A DNA stretch of 21,750 bases, from the NCBI GenBank assembly GCA_037969075.1, contig JBBKWS010000178.1:1-21750 (forward strand). Reading direction: 5' to 3'. Position numbers and translations under genes: made by a program. Of the stretch, positions 1-8,361 are shown piece by piece (the stretch's first letter is position 1; each line of letters begins with the position of its first letter). The DNA comes from Bdellovibrionales bacterium. Lineage in GTDB: Bacteria; Bdellovibrionota; Bdellovibrionia; Bdellovibrionales; UBA840. Under the pieces are notes generated by a model. That model searched no databases. It was given only the letters and a program-made list of their open reading frames with translations, and had not been told where the DNA came from.

Positions 1-489
1 AGAATTGGAACAACCATTGGGGCATGTGTATTAAGTACAGTCTTAGCTTTAGCAGTGACACCAGAGAACTATTTAATAACCGTAGGTTCAGGAGATGATG
101 ATATTAATGTTTATGATATCTCTGATGCGGGTAATACTCTCTGTGTGGATTCCAACGCGTCTTTGGGCAATGTGAATCCTGCTGCAGTTATATTTCACTC
201 TAATGGCAGTATTTATGTTGGTACGCAAGGTGACGATGCTATTTATCGCTATAGTTACAATAATGGAATTATTGGTGCAGGAGCTATCATTTTTCAGCCA
301 GGAACTACAGTACTAAATAACCCTACGGCGATGGCAGAGTTGCCAGATGGAAGTATCATCATTGCCTCTGATGGAACTAATAACATTATAAAAATTGACG
401 GCGATGGTAACCTGATCGCCTCACCGTTTATCCAGACTGCCTTTACAGGTCAAGTTGGTCAAATGGCAATCATTGGAGGTGGTAATTGA
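1..489 (+). CDS. 5'-truncated beta-propeller repeat protein (NHL/SMP-30-like blades)
   Basis: Frame is open from base 1 (RIGTTIGACVLSTVLALAVTPENY...). Repeated blade pattern NPAAVIFHSNGSIYVG / NPTAMAELPDGSIIIA. Confidence 0.6.
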   Translation, partial: RIGTTIGACVLSTVLALAVTPENYLITVGSGDDDINVYDISDAGNTLCVDSNASLGNVNPAAVIFHSNGSIYVGTQGDDAIYRYSYNNGIIGAGAIIFQPGTTVLNNPTAMAELPDGSIIIASDGTNNIIKIDGDGNLIASPFIQTAFTGQVGQMAIIGGGN

Positions 490-1100
490 GGATGTTGCCA
501 TATACGTTTGCCTTATTCTTATTATGTACATCCGCGAACGCTGGCAGTAAAGGTGAGGTTGCTTTTCAATTATCCGTAGGATCTCCTGAGATTTCTATCA
601 CAAATCCTGACAACAGCATGGCCTACTATGATGGCTTAGCGCTTGATGCTAAAGGTTTATTTCCAATTTTTTTTGGAGAAAATTCTAGCTTAGATCTAAC
701 ATTTAATTACAAGTATTTAGATACTGAAAACACCACAACAAAAAGTGTAGGAGAAACTCTTAGTGTCAATGGTGTAGGTACAGGTGTAAATATGAATTTT
801 TATTCATTTATACTTGGTGGGTCTGTAGAGTATCTAAGTGCTAAGCACAATGCCTCCAGTAATGTGCAAAACAGTAATCTTAGTTATAAGTTTATAAACC
901 TTACCTATTATGTAGGTATGGTAAAATCATTTGGCAAATTTGATGTAGGTGGGTTTTATTCGGTCAGCACTGCTACAATTTCAAAAGATGATACTGGTCT
1001 CAGTCGCGACTCTGATTTCGAGGCGCGTACTATATGGATGACCGTACGGTTTGATTTAGGCGTGAAAAGTAAAGATTTTCTAAAATTAATATATGATTGA
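486..1100 (+). CDS. Secreted, probable outer-membrane beta-barrel protein
   Basis: Signal peptide ending SANA; alternating amphipathic strands (LDLTFNYKY, LTYYVGM, WMTVRFDLG); GGAGGT upstream of a TTG start that overlaps the previous stop. Confidence 0.55.
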   Translation: MRMLPYTFALFLLCTSANAGSKGEVAFQLSVGSPEISITNPDNSMAYYDGLALDAKGLFPIFFGENSSLDLTFNYKYLDTENTTTKSVGETLSVNGVGTGVNMNFYSFILGGSVEYLSAKHNASSNVQNSNLSYKFINLTYYVGMVKSFGKFDVGGFYSVSTATISKDDTGLSRDSDFEARTIWMTVRFDLGVKSKDFLKLIYD

Positions 1101-1967
1101 TCAATCTTCACAGTACATTTGATTAGGATCACTATCCCAAGTGCTTGAATCATTTGGATCGATATCTGAATCTACAGGGTCATTATAATTAACTAGCGGG
1201 CCAGCTTGGTATCTAAAATTACCCGGTGAAAAACAGTTGTAACTACCAATGCCGTTTGTGATCGGGCGGCAGTCTTCTCTTTCTCCAGGAAGGGGAGCGT
1301 TTACAGGCTCTGGCTGCGAAAAGTTGTTCCATGTGCTTTGTTCACTAACGGCTAGTAAATTATTTTTAAAATCATTTAAATTCCAAACTGCAATATAATT
1401 TGCACTTGGGATACCGCCAAAATTAAAGGTAAGTTTTGTAGTTCCGGCTGGTATTTTGATCCAGTACTTTGGATCATTACCAAACTTACCAAATTGAATA
1501 ATGGTTGTAGTGAACGGTCTTTGGGTTTGAAATTTTGCTAAAAGTGCTTGGGTCCACGTAGAGGTATGACACACATTAAATAATGGTTGATTAGTTGCTG
1601 TTACAGTATCATAGGTAACTACAAATGAATCGGGATGAGCATAGGTACTAACTTCTATATATAAGTATTTTTCTGAAGGTGTCCCGTGAGTTAGATCATT
1701 GGCTACTAAACTAAATTTTGATAGTTGCGCGTTACTAAGTTGAAAGCCAACAGAGCTTGCCGTCAAAAACGATGGTTTTTGTAAGCATGGGCTAGGGTAA
1801 GTTGAAACTCCCTCTGGGTTTCCTGCATGGCAGGCAAGAGGATCAATGGGTTCTGAGGGCCCACCAAGATCACCTACGACATCACTAAAACGCACCTCAC
1901 CACAATTTTGATAAAAAACAGCTATGACTATTGATAGTAAAGCTAAAATAACCACATTCTTCTTCAT
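1101..1967 (-). CDS. Hypothetical lipoprotein with QNC-type signal peptide
   Basis: MKKNVVILALLSIVIAVFYQNC. Start placed at 1967 rather than 1973 because it aligns exactly with the ATG at 3121 in the duplicated cassette. Confidence 0.7.
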   Translation of the reverse strand: MKKNVVILALLSIVIAVFYQNCGEVRFSDVVGDLGGPSEPIDPLACHAGNPEGVSTYPSPCLQKPSFLTASSVGFQLSNAQLSKFSLVANDLTHGTPSEKYLYIEVSTYAHPDSFVVTYDTVTATNQPLFNVCHTSTWTQALLAKFQTQRPFTTTIIQFGKFGNDPKYWIKIPAGTTKLTFNFGGIPSANYIAVWNLNDFKNNLLAVSEQSTWNNFSQPEPVNAPLPGEREDCRPITNGIGSYNCFSPGNFRYQAGPLVNYNDPVDSDIDPNDSSTWDSDPNQMYCED

Positions 1968-2004
1968 ACACATCTATCGGTCTAGTCAGATCTCAACTTG
2001 AGAC
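1902..2004 (-). repeat. Copy 1 of 103-bp direct repeat (promoter + signal-peptide coding region)
   Basis: Ungapped match to 3056-3158, 87/103 identical by manual count. Confidence 0.9.
1973..2004 (-). promoter_or_regulatory. Sigma28/FliA-like promoter with overlapping TCTCAA-G-TTGAGA palindrome
   Basis: Minus strand GTCTCAAGTTGAGATCTGACTAGACCGATAGATGTGTATG: TCAAG-N15-ACCGATAG versus consensus TAAA/TCAAG...GCCGATAA. Confidence 0.55.
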
Positions 2005-2035
2005 GAAAAAAACTTTTTTAAAGAAAAACTATGTA

Positions 2036-3121
2036 TTAAGGTTGTAAAACCAGATTACACTGATTGTTAACTACATAACGCTGACCGTTTATAGTTTGAG
2101 TGGCACCAGAATATATAGGTTGTGTCATCAATAAAAACGCGCATCCGCCAGGGTTTCTACAAGTTGGATCCATTTTAATATTTATATAATATTTTCGCCC
2201 ACGATCCATTAGACAATTATTATTAGGCTCAATATCTGGGTTAGATCTTACGCGTCCCCACATACCACCAGCAGAAGTGTGAGATATACATGACCCACTA
2301 AAATCCCCAGGGTTTGTACTTAGAGCCCAAGTGTCAACGGCAGCTGGTATTCCTCCACAGGCACTAGCAGGTCCTTCACCCATAAAGAAAAATCCGCAAA
2401 GTGTCTTACTTGAATCATAGTTTACATGGGGGACTTCAATTTCCATGGCCACATACTCATCAGGACGTATACTCAGATAATAAATACCTTGCCCTGGTTG
2501 TGAAACATCGACACCACTCTGGCGACATTGATTGTATTGAGCCGCAACTTGTGGTGATGCTCTAAAGTCATAATCCGCATGACAATACTTCGCTTGTGCA
2601 TAATTAAAATTCGGATTGGTAGCAATACCTCCCCCAATACAACCTGAACCAACACTTTGCTGTCCTGGGGGCGCTGGATTTGGCGGTGGATAAATAGGCT
2701 CAGGGGTTGGAGTTGGTATAGGTGGTGGATCGCAGTTTTCACCATCGGCTGTATAGTTAACTTCTAAATTAATTTCTTCATCACAGTCTATGTATGTAGC
2801 AGTAACTTCATAGGTATGGCAAGCAACAAGGTCTGCTTTGTGTACCACTAACTCGGGAGCTTCAGCAGACTGTAAATTAATTCTATTTTCTGAAAACTTC
2901 CAAGAAAAATTTCTTTGGCTAACTGTGATCAAGGTATCTAGGTCGATAATAGAAAAGCGAACATTATCTGGGTCCGTATTGTCAGTTCTTATTCCGTAAG
3001 TTACAGGGTTACATGTTTTTGATAAAGAATTAATATGATTTAAATCAATTTCGCTACAATTTTGATACGTAGCAATTATGACTATAGATAGTAAAGCTAA
3101 AATAATCACATTTTTTCTCAT
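2036..3121 (-). CDS. Cys-rich hypothetical lipoprotein with QNC-type signal and Pro-rich linker
   Basis: MRKNVIILALLSIVIIATYQNC; linker PPPIPTPTPEPIYPPPNPAPP; 15 Cys. Confidence 0.75.
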   Translation of the reverse strand: MRKNVIILALLSIVIIATYQNCSEIDLNHINSLSKTCNPVTYGIRTDNTDPDNVRFSIIDLDTLITVSQRNFSWKFSENRINLQSAEAPELVVHKADLVACHTYEVTATYIDCDEEINLEVNYTADGENCDPPPIPTPTPEPIYPPPNPAPPGQQSVGSGCIGGGIATNPNFNYAQAKYCHADYDFRASPQVAAQYNQCRQSGVDVSQPGQGIYYLSIRPDEYVAMEIEVPHVNYDSSKTLCGFFFMGEGPASACGGIPAAVDTWALSTNPGDFSGSCISHTSAGGMWGRVRSNPDIEPNNNCLMDRGRKYYINIKMDPTCRNPGGCAFLLMTQPIYSGATQTINGQRYVVNNQCNLVLQP

Positions 3122-3158
3122 ACTTATTTATCGGTCTAGTTAGATCCCAACTTGAGAC
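3056..3158 (-). repeat. Copy 2 of 103-bp direct repeat
   Basis: Matches 1902-2004 at an offset of 1154 bp. Confidence 0.9.
3128..3158 (-). promoter_or_regulatory. Sigma28/FliA-like promoter
   Basis: Minus strand GTCTCAAGTTGGGATCTAACTAGACCGATAA, followed by ATAAGT then ATG. Confidence 0.55.
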
Positions 3159-3280
3159 AAATGTTTAAATTTAATTATGAATAAATACCAAACAAACTGG
3201 GCAAAATTATCAAAAATGCAAGTGGTCCTAAGTGAAGTCATTCCGTTTGCTGAAGACCCAAATCATTTTTAATATAGTTT

Positions 3281-3309
3281 TTGTAAAACTACCGAAAGCA
3301 TTCTATATA
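3281..3309 (+). promoter_or_regulatory. Sigma70-like promoter, probable leaderless start
   Basis: TTGTAA-N17-TATATA-N6-ATG(3316). Confidence 0.4.
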
Positions 3310-3315
3310 TTTCTC

Positions 3316-4344
3316 ATGCTGCCCATTGAAAAATTCAATTTTCCAGTTTGTCTAGCGCCTATGGTGGCGTTAAGTCATGTGGCTCTTAGGCATTTAATCT
3401 ACGAATATTTGCCTGAGGGTGCCAAGACAATTTGGCCCACCGAGATGTTAAATTCTAGAAGAATACCACAACAGACTTTAGGAGAAACCCCCGAGACCAA
3501 ACTGCATGCCTTTGATCATAATCTTGTGCCTCAGCTTTTAGCCAATGAAGAAAATTTTATTGTAGAAAGTGTCGCTAAGCTACAAGAATGGGGAGCAAGG
3601 GGCATAGATATCAATATGGGGTGCCCTGTTAAAAAAGCCCTGAACCATAATTACGGCGTGGCTTTAATGGGCGATATAAACTACGCCACTAAAATTGTAG
3701 AATGGACTGTCAACGCCGCAAGCGTACCCGTTTCTGTAAAAGTGCGGGCAGGATTAGAGAATAATAAAACCTATTTGAAGGATTTCTTGCAATCCATCGA
3801 GGGGGCAGGGGCCGCTTGGATTACACTTCACCCAAGGTTAGCAAGTGAAAAGAGAAGGGGTGAGGCTGATTGGTCGTTAGTAAATGAAGCAAAATCATGG
3901 CTAAAAATCCCAATCATTGCTAACGGGGACGTGCAAACGGCTACAGATATTGATAACTATTTTTCTGTCAGCGGGGCTGACGCTATTATGATTGGTAGGG
4001 CATTGAATGCCAGGCCATGGTTACTTTGGCAGTGGGGGCAGGCAAAAGGCTTTTTGAATCCAATAGGAAAAGAGATATGCCCTATGAGTCCCATTGAAGA
4101 GGGAAGAGAATACGGCATCAGCATGCTAAGATTATTAGATTTATTAGAAATGTATTTTGGTACAATGGAAGCTGTTAAAAAATTTCGTTTTCATATTCGG
4201 ATGAGCCACATGTGGCTTGATTTTGGACATTCATTGATATCGATCGTTGGGAGATCGCAGGATATAAATGTCATTCGAAAAGATTGGATCGAATTTTTTG
4301 AAAAACCGCAAAGAATGAATCCGAAAACTCTTTTGCGGTTTTAG
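3316..4344 (+). CDS. tRNA-dihydrouridine synthase family protein (Dus)
   Basis: Motifs LAPMV, DINMGCP, SVKVRAG, TLHPR, IANGDV, IMIGR. ATG 3316 preferred because the family fold begins just before LAPM. Confidence 0.9.
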   Translation: MLPIEKFNFPVCLAPMVALSHVALRHLIYEYLPEGAKTIWPTEMLNSRRIPQQTLGETPETKLHAFDHNLVPQLLANEENFIVESVAKLQEWGARGIDINMGCPVKKALNHNYGVALMGDINYATKIVEWTVNAASVPVSVKVRAGLENNKTYLKDFLQSIEGAGAAWITLHPRLASEKRRGEADWSLVNEAKSWLKIPIIANGDVQTATDIDNYFSVSGADAIMIGRALNARPWLLWQWGQAKGFLNPIGKEICPMSPIEEGREYGISMLRLLDLLEMYFGTMEAVKKFRFHIRMSHMWLDFGHSLISIVGRSQDINVIRKDWIEFFEKPQRMNPKTLLRF

Positions 4345-4349
4345 TTACC

Positions 4350-5108
4350 TTATTGGATTATGTATAGAGTTTTGTAAGCAGTTTTATTTGCTCTTGTGCC
4401 GTCAGTAAGTGTCTTTACCGATCCATCGCGATTTATAATATCTACTTGGCCTTGACCATTGCTTCCGATTAAATGAAACAAGTCTTGCGCTCTCTGCGTC
4501 TCGACTCGGATGCAACCATGAGAAGCTTTTTTTCCAAGGTTAGCATTAGATGTAGTTCCGTGCGTAGCATACAAATAATCAAGTGTGAAAAAAACGGCCC
4601 AAGGCATTGGAGCGTTGTTATATGTTGTTGATCTGTGCTCAGAAGAAAACATTTCAGGTGTAAAATGTCCCTTTGGAGTGATTCTGCCAGCAACGGCAGT
4701 AGACACTTTCCAATAATATAGTAGTCCTACGTCAGGATCATAGGGTTTATCCATGTGAAATCTGTCCCAACCAATTTGTTCAATGGCATTGGGTCTAACG
4801 TATACACGCATACGCTGGCCTTCTGCGGATCTTTGCCCCGCTAACTCTGCTTCATTTTCTAAATTAACTAAAACTATAATATCATAAGTCTCAAAGCGAT
4901 CGTCTTTAAGTGGACTAGCTAGCTCTTGTGCGTAGGAGTAATCGGGGTCTTCATAGTGTGTAACATCTTCAAATACGCCGAATTTGTGAATCTGAGTTTC
5001 ATCTGAATTTTTATCAGACTCGTAGTTGGGTTGTTTCCAAGTTCTGGCAGCGATGGCAGTATTTGGGATTAAAAACGGTAGGACGATAAGTAGTAGTAGT
5101 TTAGTCAT
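4350..5108 (-). CDS. Secreted L,D-transpeptidase (YkuD family)
   Basis: Signal peptide; VSTA, TPKG, MPWAVFF, ATHGT...GKKASHGCIR catalytic His/Cys motif. Confidence 0.88.
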   Translation of the reverse strand: MTKLLLLIVLPFLIPNTAIAARTWKQPNYESDKNSDETQIHKFGVFEDVTHYEDPDYSYAQELASPLKDDRFETYDIIVLVNLENEAELAGQRSAEGQRMRVYVRPNAIEQIGWDRFHMDKPYDPDVGLLYYWKVSTAVAGRITPKGHFTPEMFSSEHRSTTYNNAPMPWAVFFTLDYLYATHGTTSNANLGKKASHGCIRVETQRAQDLFHLIGSNGQGQVDIINRDGSVKTLTDGTRANKTAYKTLYIIQ

Positions 5109-5114
5109 GAGGGC

Positions 5115-5143
5115 TATATAGCCACTTTTTTAATCACATTAAA
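5115..5143 (-). promoter_or_regulatory. Sigma70-like promoter, probable leaderless start
   Basis: TTTAAT-N17-TATATA-N6-ATG(5108); no SD. Confidence 0.35.
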
Positions 5144-5252
5144 GGATTAAAAAGATGCTGGAAAAATATACAGGATATGGAAAGCTAGTATACATGAGTA
5201 GTAGTACAGCGTGACCCATTAGTAGTTAATATGGATCAAATCGATGCTACAT

Positions 5253-5519
5253 CTAAGTATTAATTTTTAACAGCGCATCCAATTTACCTTCTCTTTCTAA
5301 CTCCGCCATATCTGAATAACCACCAATTAGTTGGTCGCCGATAAAAATTTGCGGAACAGTTCTAAGACCTGTCTTTTTCATCAAAGCTTCAAATTCTTCG
5401 GGTTTATCTTCAAGATCATGCTCTTCATATTTTACGCCCTTAGAGTCTAACAAGCGTTTGGCGTGCTTGCAGTAGGGGCAATAATCTTTGGTGTATAATA
5501 ATACTTTTACAGCTGACAT
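5253..5519 (-). CDS. grxC: Glutaredoxin 3
   Basis: CPYC active site, TVPQIFIG, GG motif. ATG 5519 follows an AAGGA SD; the longer track start overlaps the EVE gene. Confidence 0.9.
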   Translation of the reverse strand: MSAVKVLLYTKDYCPYCKHAKRLLDSKGVKYEEHDLEDKPEEFEALMKKTGLRTVPQIFIGDQLIGGYSDMAELEREGKLDALLKINT

Positions 5520-5529
5520 AATAAATCCT

Positions 5530-5991
5530 TTATTTTGTGATACTAACAATATAGTCAAAATCTTTTTTACTAACAGGCTGCACGCTCAATCTTTGACCTC
5601 TTTGTACGACGAGCATGTCTTTTAATTTTTTATCTAACTTTAATGCAGCTAGTGTTGCAGGATTCTTTAAGTGGGATTTATACTTAATTTCAACGCAATA
5701 CCAGACAGGTTTTTCTTTAGTGGCTCGTTTTTCAAAGTAGTCTGATTTTTTATCAAACTGTGTCTGATCTGGGGCTGCAAGGCTTGATATTTGTGCTAGA
5801 CCAAAAATACCAGCGGGCTCAGCATTGGAGTGATAAAACAAAACTTCATCTCCGACTTGCATATCTTTCATCATATAGTTTCTTGCTTGATAATTTCTAA
5901 CGCATTCCCACCAAGTGGTTTTATCCTTCTTTAGATTGTCGATAGAGTAAACTTCTGGCTCAGACTTTAGTAACCAATAGTTTTTTGACAT
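5530..5991 (-). CDS. EVE domain protein (PUA-like; THYN1-like)
   Basis: YWLLKSEP, W.CVRNYQARN, GD.VLFYHS, RLSVQPV. Confidence 0.93.
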   Translation of the reverse strand: MSKNYWLLKSEPEVYSIDNLKKDKTTWWECVRNYQARNYMMKDMQVGDEVLFYHSNAEPAGIFGLAQISSLAAPDQTQFDKKSDYFEKRATKEKPVWYCVEIKYKSHLKNPATLAALKLDKKLKDMLVVQRGQRLSVQPVSKKDFDYIVSITK

Positions 5992-6054
5992 TTTTACCCT
6001 CTCTTAACACGTAACATAATTCTTCTATTCTCTAGAGACTATAAGAACTTAAAA

Positions 6055-6083
6055 TTGCTTTCAACTAGAAATATTACTACAAT
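6055..6083 (+). promoter_or_regulatory. Sigma70 promoter, probable leaderless start
   Basis: TTGCTT-N17-TACAAT-N7-ATG(6091). Confidence 0.65.
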
Positions 6084-6090
6084 GTACCTT

Positions 6091-6969
6091 ATGGCTATAG
6101 TGGACTGGATACAAAGAGACGACATAAAACCCTATATATTTGTTCGTAAAGACAACAGGTCAGCTCTTCCAGGCTCTGCACACCCCATAGATTGGTTTCA
6201 AGCAAGCCAGGCTCTGTATATAGATCCCATGAAATTACAAAATCTAAATTTTGCCGAAGCCATTTACAATCTTGAGACTGCACTTTTTACCAAGTCCTCC
6301 ATGCAGATGCCAAGGTGGGTATTTTATGATTGTGCCGTTATGCCGGGTATTGTTGTTGGCTATGCTATGCACAGAGACTCTCTGACAGAAGAGATGCGTA
6401 AATGTATTAAGCCTAACAAAGATTTAGAGTGGGTACCTTTATCCATGTTTATCGCGATCCCTACTAATAGTGCCGGACAATGGGTAGCTCACAATTTATG
6501 CTCGATTAATAGTGTTTTGCCAAAAAAGAAACAGTTAAGGTCTCTAGGTTTTTTATCGAAGGCCTTTGGCTTATGGTATGCCAATATTCAAAATTTACAC
6601 GGTATGACCCAGTGGGACTCTCCAGCGCTAAAACTTCATTCGTTATTTGGCCATTTGGAGATTTTTGCTGCTTATTCACCTATACATACGTATGCTTCTA
6701 CACTTACTTATCGCACTTGGGTGGATTCTAAGCTATGGTATAGATTCTTCTCAAAAACAGGCTCTGTAGAGTTTGATGAGTTTTTTGAGAAGTCGGACAT
6801 AGTGATTGATCCTAAGGATGAAGAAACGATGAAGGTTCTACAAAAGAAAATTGAAAGGCAAACGGGACCGTTCTACTTATCGGGCCAAGAGATTGCTAAA
6901 AACCCTTTAGGTTCACCACTACGAGTATTTAAATTAAGAAAACATTTACGACAAAAGATTAACTTTTAA
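6091..6969 (+). CDS. Hypothetical protein, possibly divergent GNAT-like fold
   Basis: 292-aa ORF with start inferred from the promoter. LRSLGFLSKAFGL and TQWDSPALKLHSLFG weakly resemble GNAT motifs A and B. Confidence 0.6.
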   Translation: MAIVDWIQRDDIKPYIFVRKDNRSALPGSAHPIDWFQASQALYIDPMKLQNLNFAEAIYNLETALFTKSSMQMPRWVFYDCAVMPGIVVGYAMHRDSLTEEMRKCIKPNKDLEWVPLSMFIAIPTNSAGQWVAHNLCSINSVLPKKKQLRSLGFLSKAFGLWYANIQNLHGMTQWDSPALKLHSLFGHLEIFAAYSPIHTYASTLTYRTWVDSKLWYRFFSKTGSVEFDEFFEKSDIVIDPKDEETMKVLQKKIERQTGPFYLSGQEIAKNPLGSPLRVFKLRKHLRQKINF

Positions 6970-6979
6970 GGCGGTACAA

Positions 6980-7390
6980 ATGAAGTTAGATATTATCCCA
7001 GCAGTAGCAAAACGCTTTCCTACATTTTGTAAAAAATGTGACTCAGAAAGATATCACATAGTTTTAGCTCATGTTAAGGGAGGATCAGCAAAGATTGAAT
7101 GTGAAGTTTGTCACAAAAAATCTACCTTTAGTTTAAATAAGCAGCCCACAGCTCCTGCAAAAACAAGAGCAAAGAGAAAGACAGTATCTTCAACTTACAG
7201 AAACTGGTCAGAATTCAAAGAGCATGTGGATGAAAAAAATGCGCAGCCGTATAAAATTCATAATAAGTACGATGAAAAAGCATCCATTTTACATCCGACA
7301 TTTGGTTTAGGCTTAGTTTTAAAATCGGAAGCTACAAAAATTGAAGTAGCATTTGAAGAAGGAATAAAGGCTCTAGTTCATAATCGATGA
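6980..7390 (+). CDS. Zinc-ribbon + UvrD/PcrA-type Tudor-like domain protein
   Basis: CKKC...CEVC; basic linker; HPTFGLGLV...IEVAFEEGIKALV. Confidence 0.7.
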   Translation: MKLDIIPAVAKRFPTFCKKCDSERYHIVLAHVKGGSAKIECEVCHKKSTFSLNKQPTAPAKTRAKRKTVSSTYRNWSEFKEHVDEKNAQPYKIHNKYDEKASILHPTFGLGLVLKSEATKIEVAFEEGIKALVHNR

Positions 7391-8361
7391 AGCTCTTAAG
7401 TTGGAATCTTTGGAATAGTTTTAAACGAATTGAAAACCCATTTCTAGTTTCCTTTCTTGAGCCATCAAGACGCCGTGATCGTCGTTACTTACACCAGCTT
7501 AAACTCTTGCAAGAGAAACAGTTCGATATTTGCCTTTTGCAAGAGGTGAACCCCATCTTTGATAAGATTAGAGATTTTAAAGAAATTCTGAACTATCAGA
7601 CAACCTACCAAATAGATCAGGGCGGACTACGGTTCAAAAGAGTTGGCCTTCCTTTAAATTTTACCAATGGGTTAGCCACGTTAACAAAAGCACCGCAAAA
7701 AAAAATTAAAGGATTAAAGTTAAGTGGAAAGTTTGGGACAAGTGAAGAGGATTACTCTTTGCAATTTAGTGAGTTTAGATATGCGAGTTTTTCTGAGTCT
7801 GAGATTAACAATAAAAAAATACTTTTGGTAAACACCCACTTTCATCATGGTGTTGAATGGTCGGAAGAGATCGAGAACGAATTGATCACAGAGACCACTA
7901 CTGAGGACTTTGACCTCATCAAATCTTCTATAGAAATATCTACAAAAAGAAAAGAGCAGGAAATTTCGATATTAATCGCTGAAATCAAAAAACACCATGC
8001 TAGTTACGATATTGTGATTGTAGCAGGGGATTTTAATTTTAGTACTACGGCTGATGTATTAAAGTGTTTTGCTGAGGTAGGATTAAAGCGAGTAGATCAC
8101 GTTGGTCATACTTGGGAGCCTGAAGTGAATCACGAGAATTTTACATTTACTAATGCACTTAGGCCTCCAGTCGGACTTGATGTTTCAGACCTAGCTCTTA
8201 AGATTTTAAGAAAATATGATGGCAGAAGTCGCACTATTGATCATGTGTTTATTAGTGAAAATATAAAATTAAATTACGCGAAATTGTTTGGACAAATTAC
8301 TAACCGAGAAGGATTTTTTCCGTCGGATCATTTTGGCGTCGAGGTAGATTGCGATATATGA
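7387..8361 (+). CDS. Endonuclease/exonuclease/phosphatase (EEP) family protein
   Basis: LLSWNL, LLQEV, NTHF, AGDFN, IDHVF, PSDH motifs; ATGA overlap with the upstream gene. Confidence 0.9.
   Translation: MKLLSWNLWNSFKRIENPFLVSFLEPSRRRDRRYLHQLKLLQEKQFDICLLQEVNPIFDKIRDFKEILNYQTTYQIDQGGLRFKRVGLPLNFTNGLATLTKAPQKKIKGLKLSGKFGTSEEDYSLQFSEFRYASFSESEINNKKILLVNTHFHHGVEWSEEIENELITETTTEDFDLIKSSIEISTKRKEQEISILIAEIKKHHASYDIVIVAGDFNFSTTADVLKCFAEVGLKRVDHVGHTWEPEVNHENFTFTNALRPPVGLDVSDLALKILRKYDGRSRTIDHVFISENIKLNYAKLFGQITNREGFFPSDHFGVEVDCDI

Noticed and set aside
6029..6038. TCTCTAGAGA palindrome in the divergent promoter gap
   Set aside because: A single 10-bp palindrome is expected by chance in a window this size.
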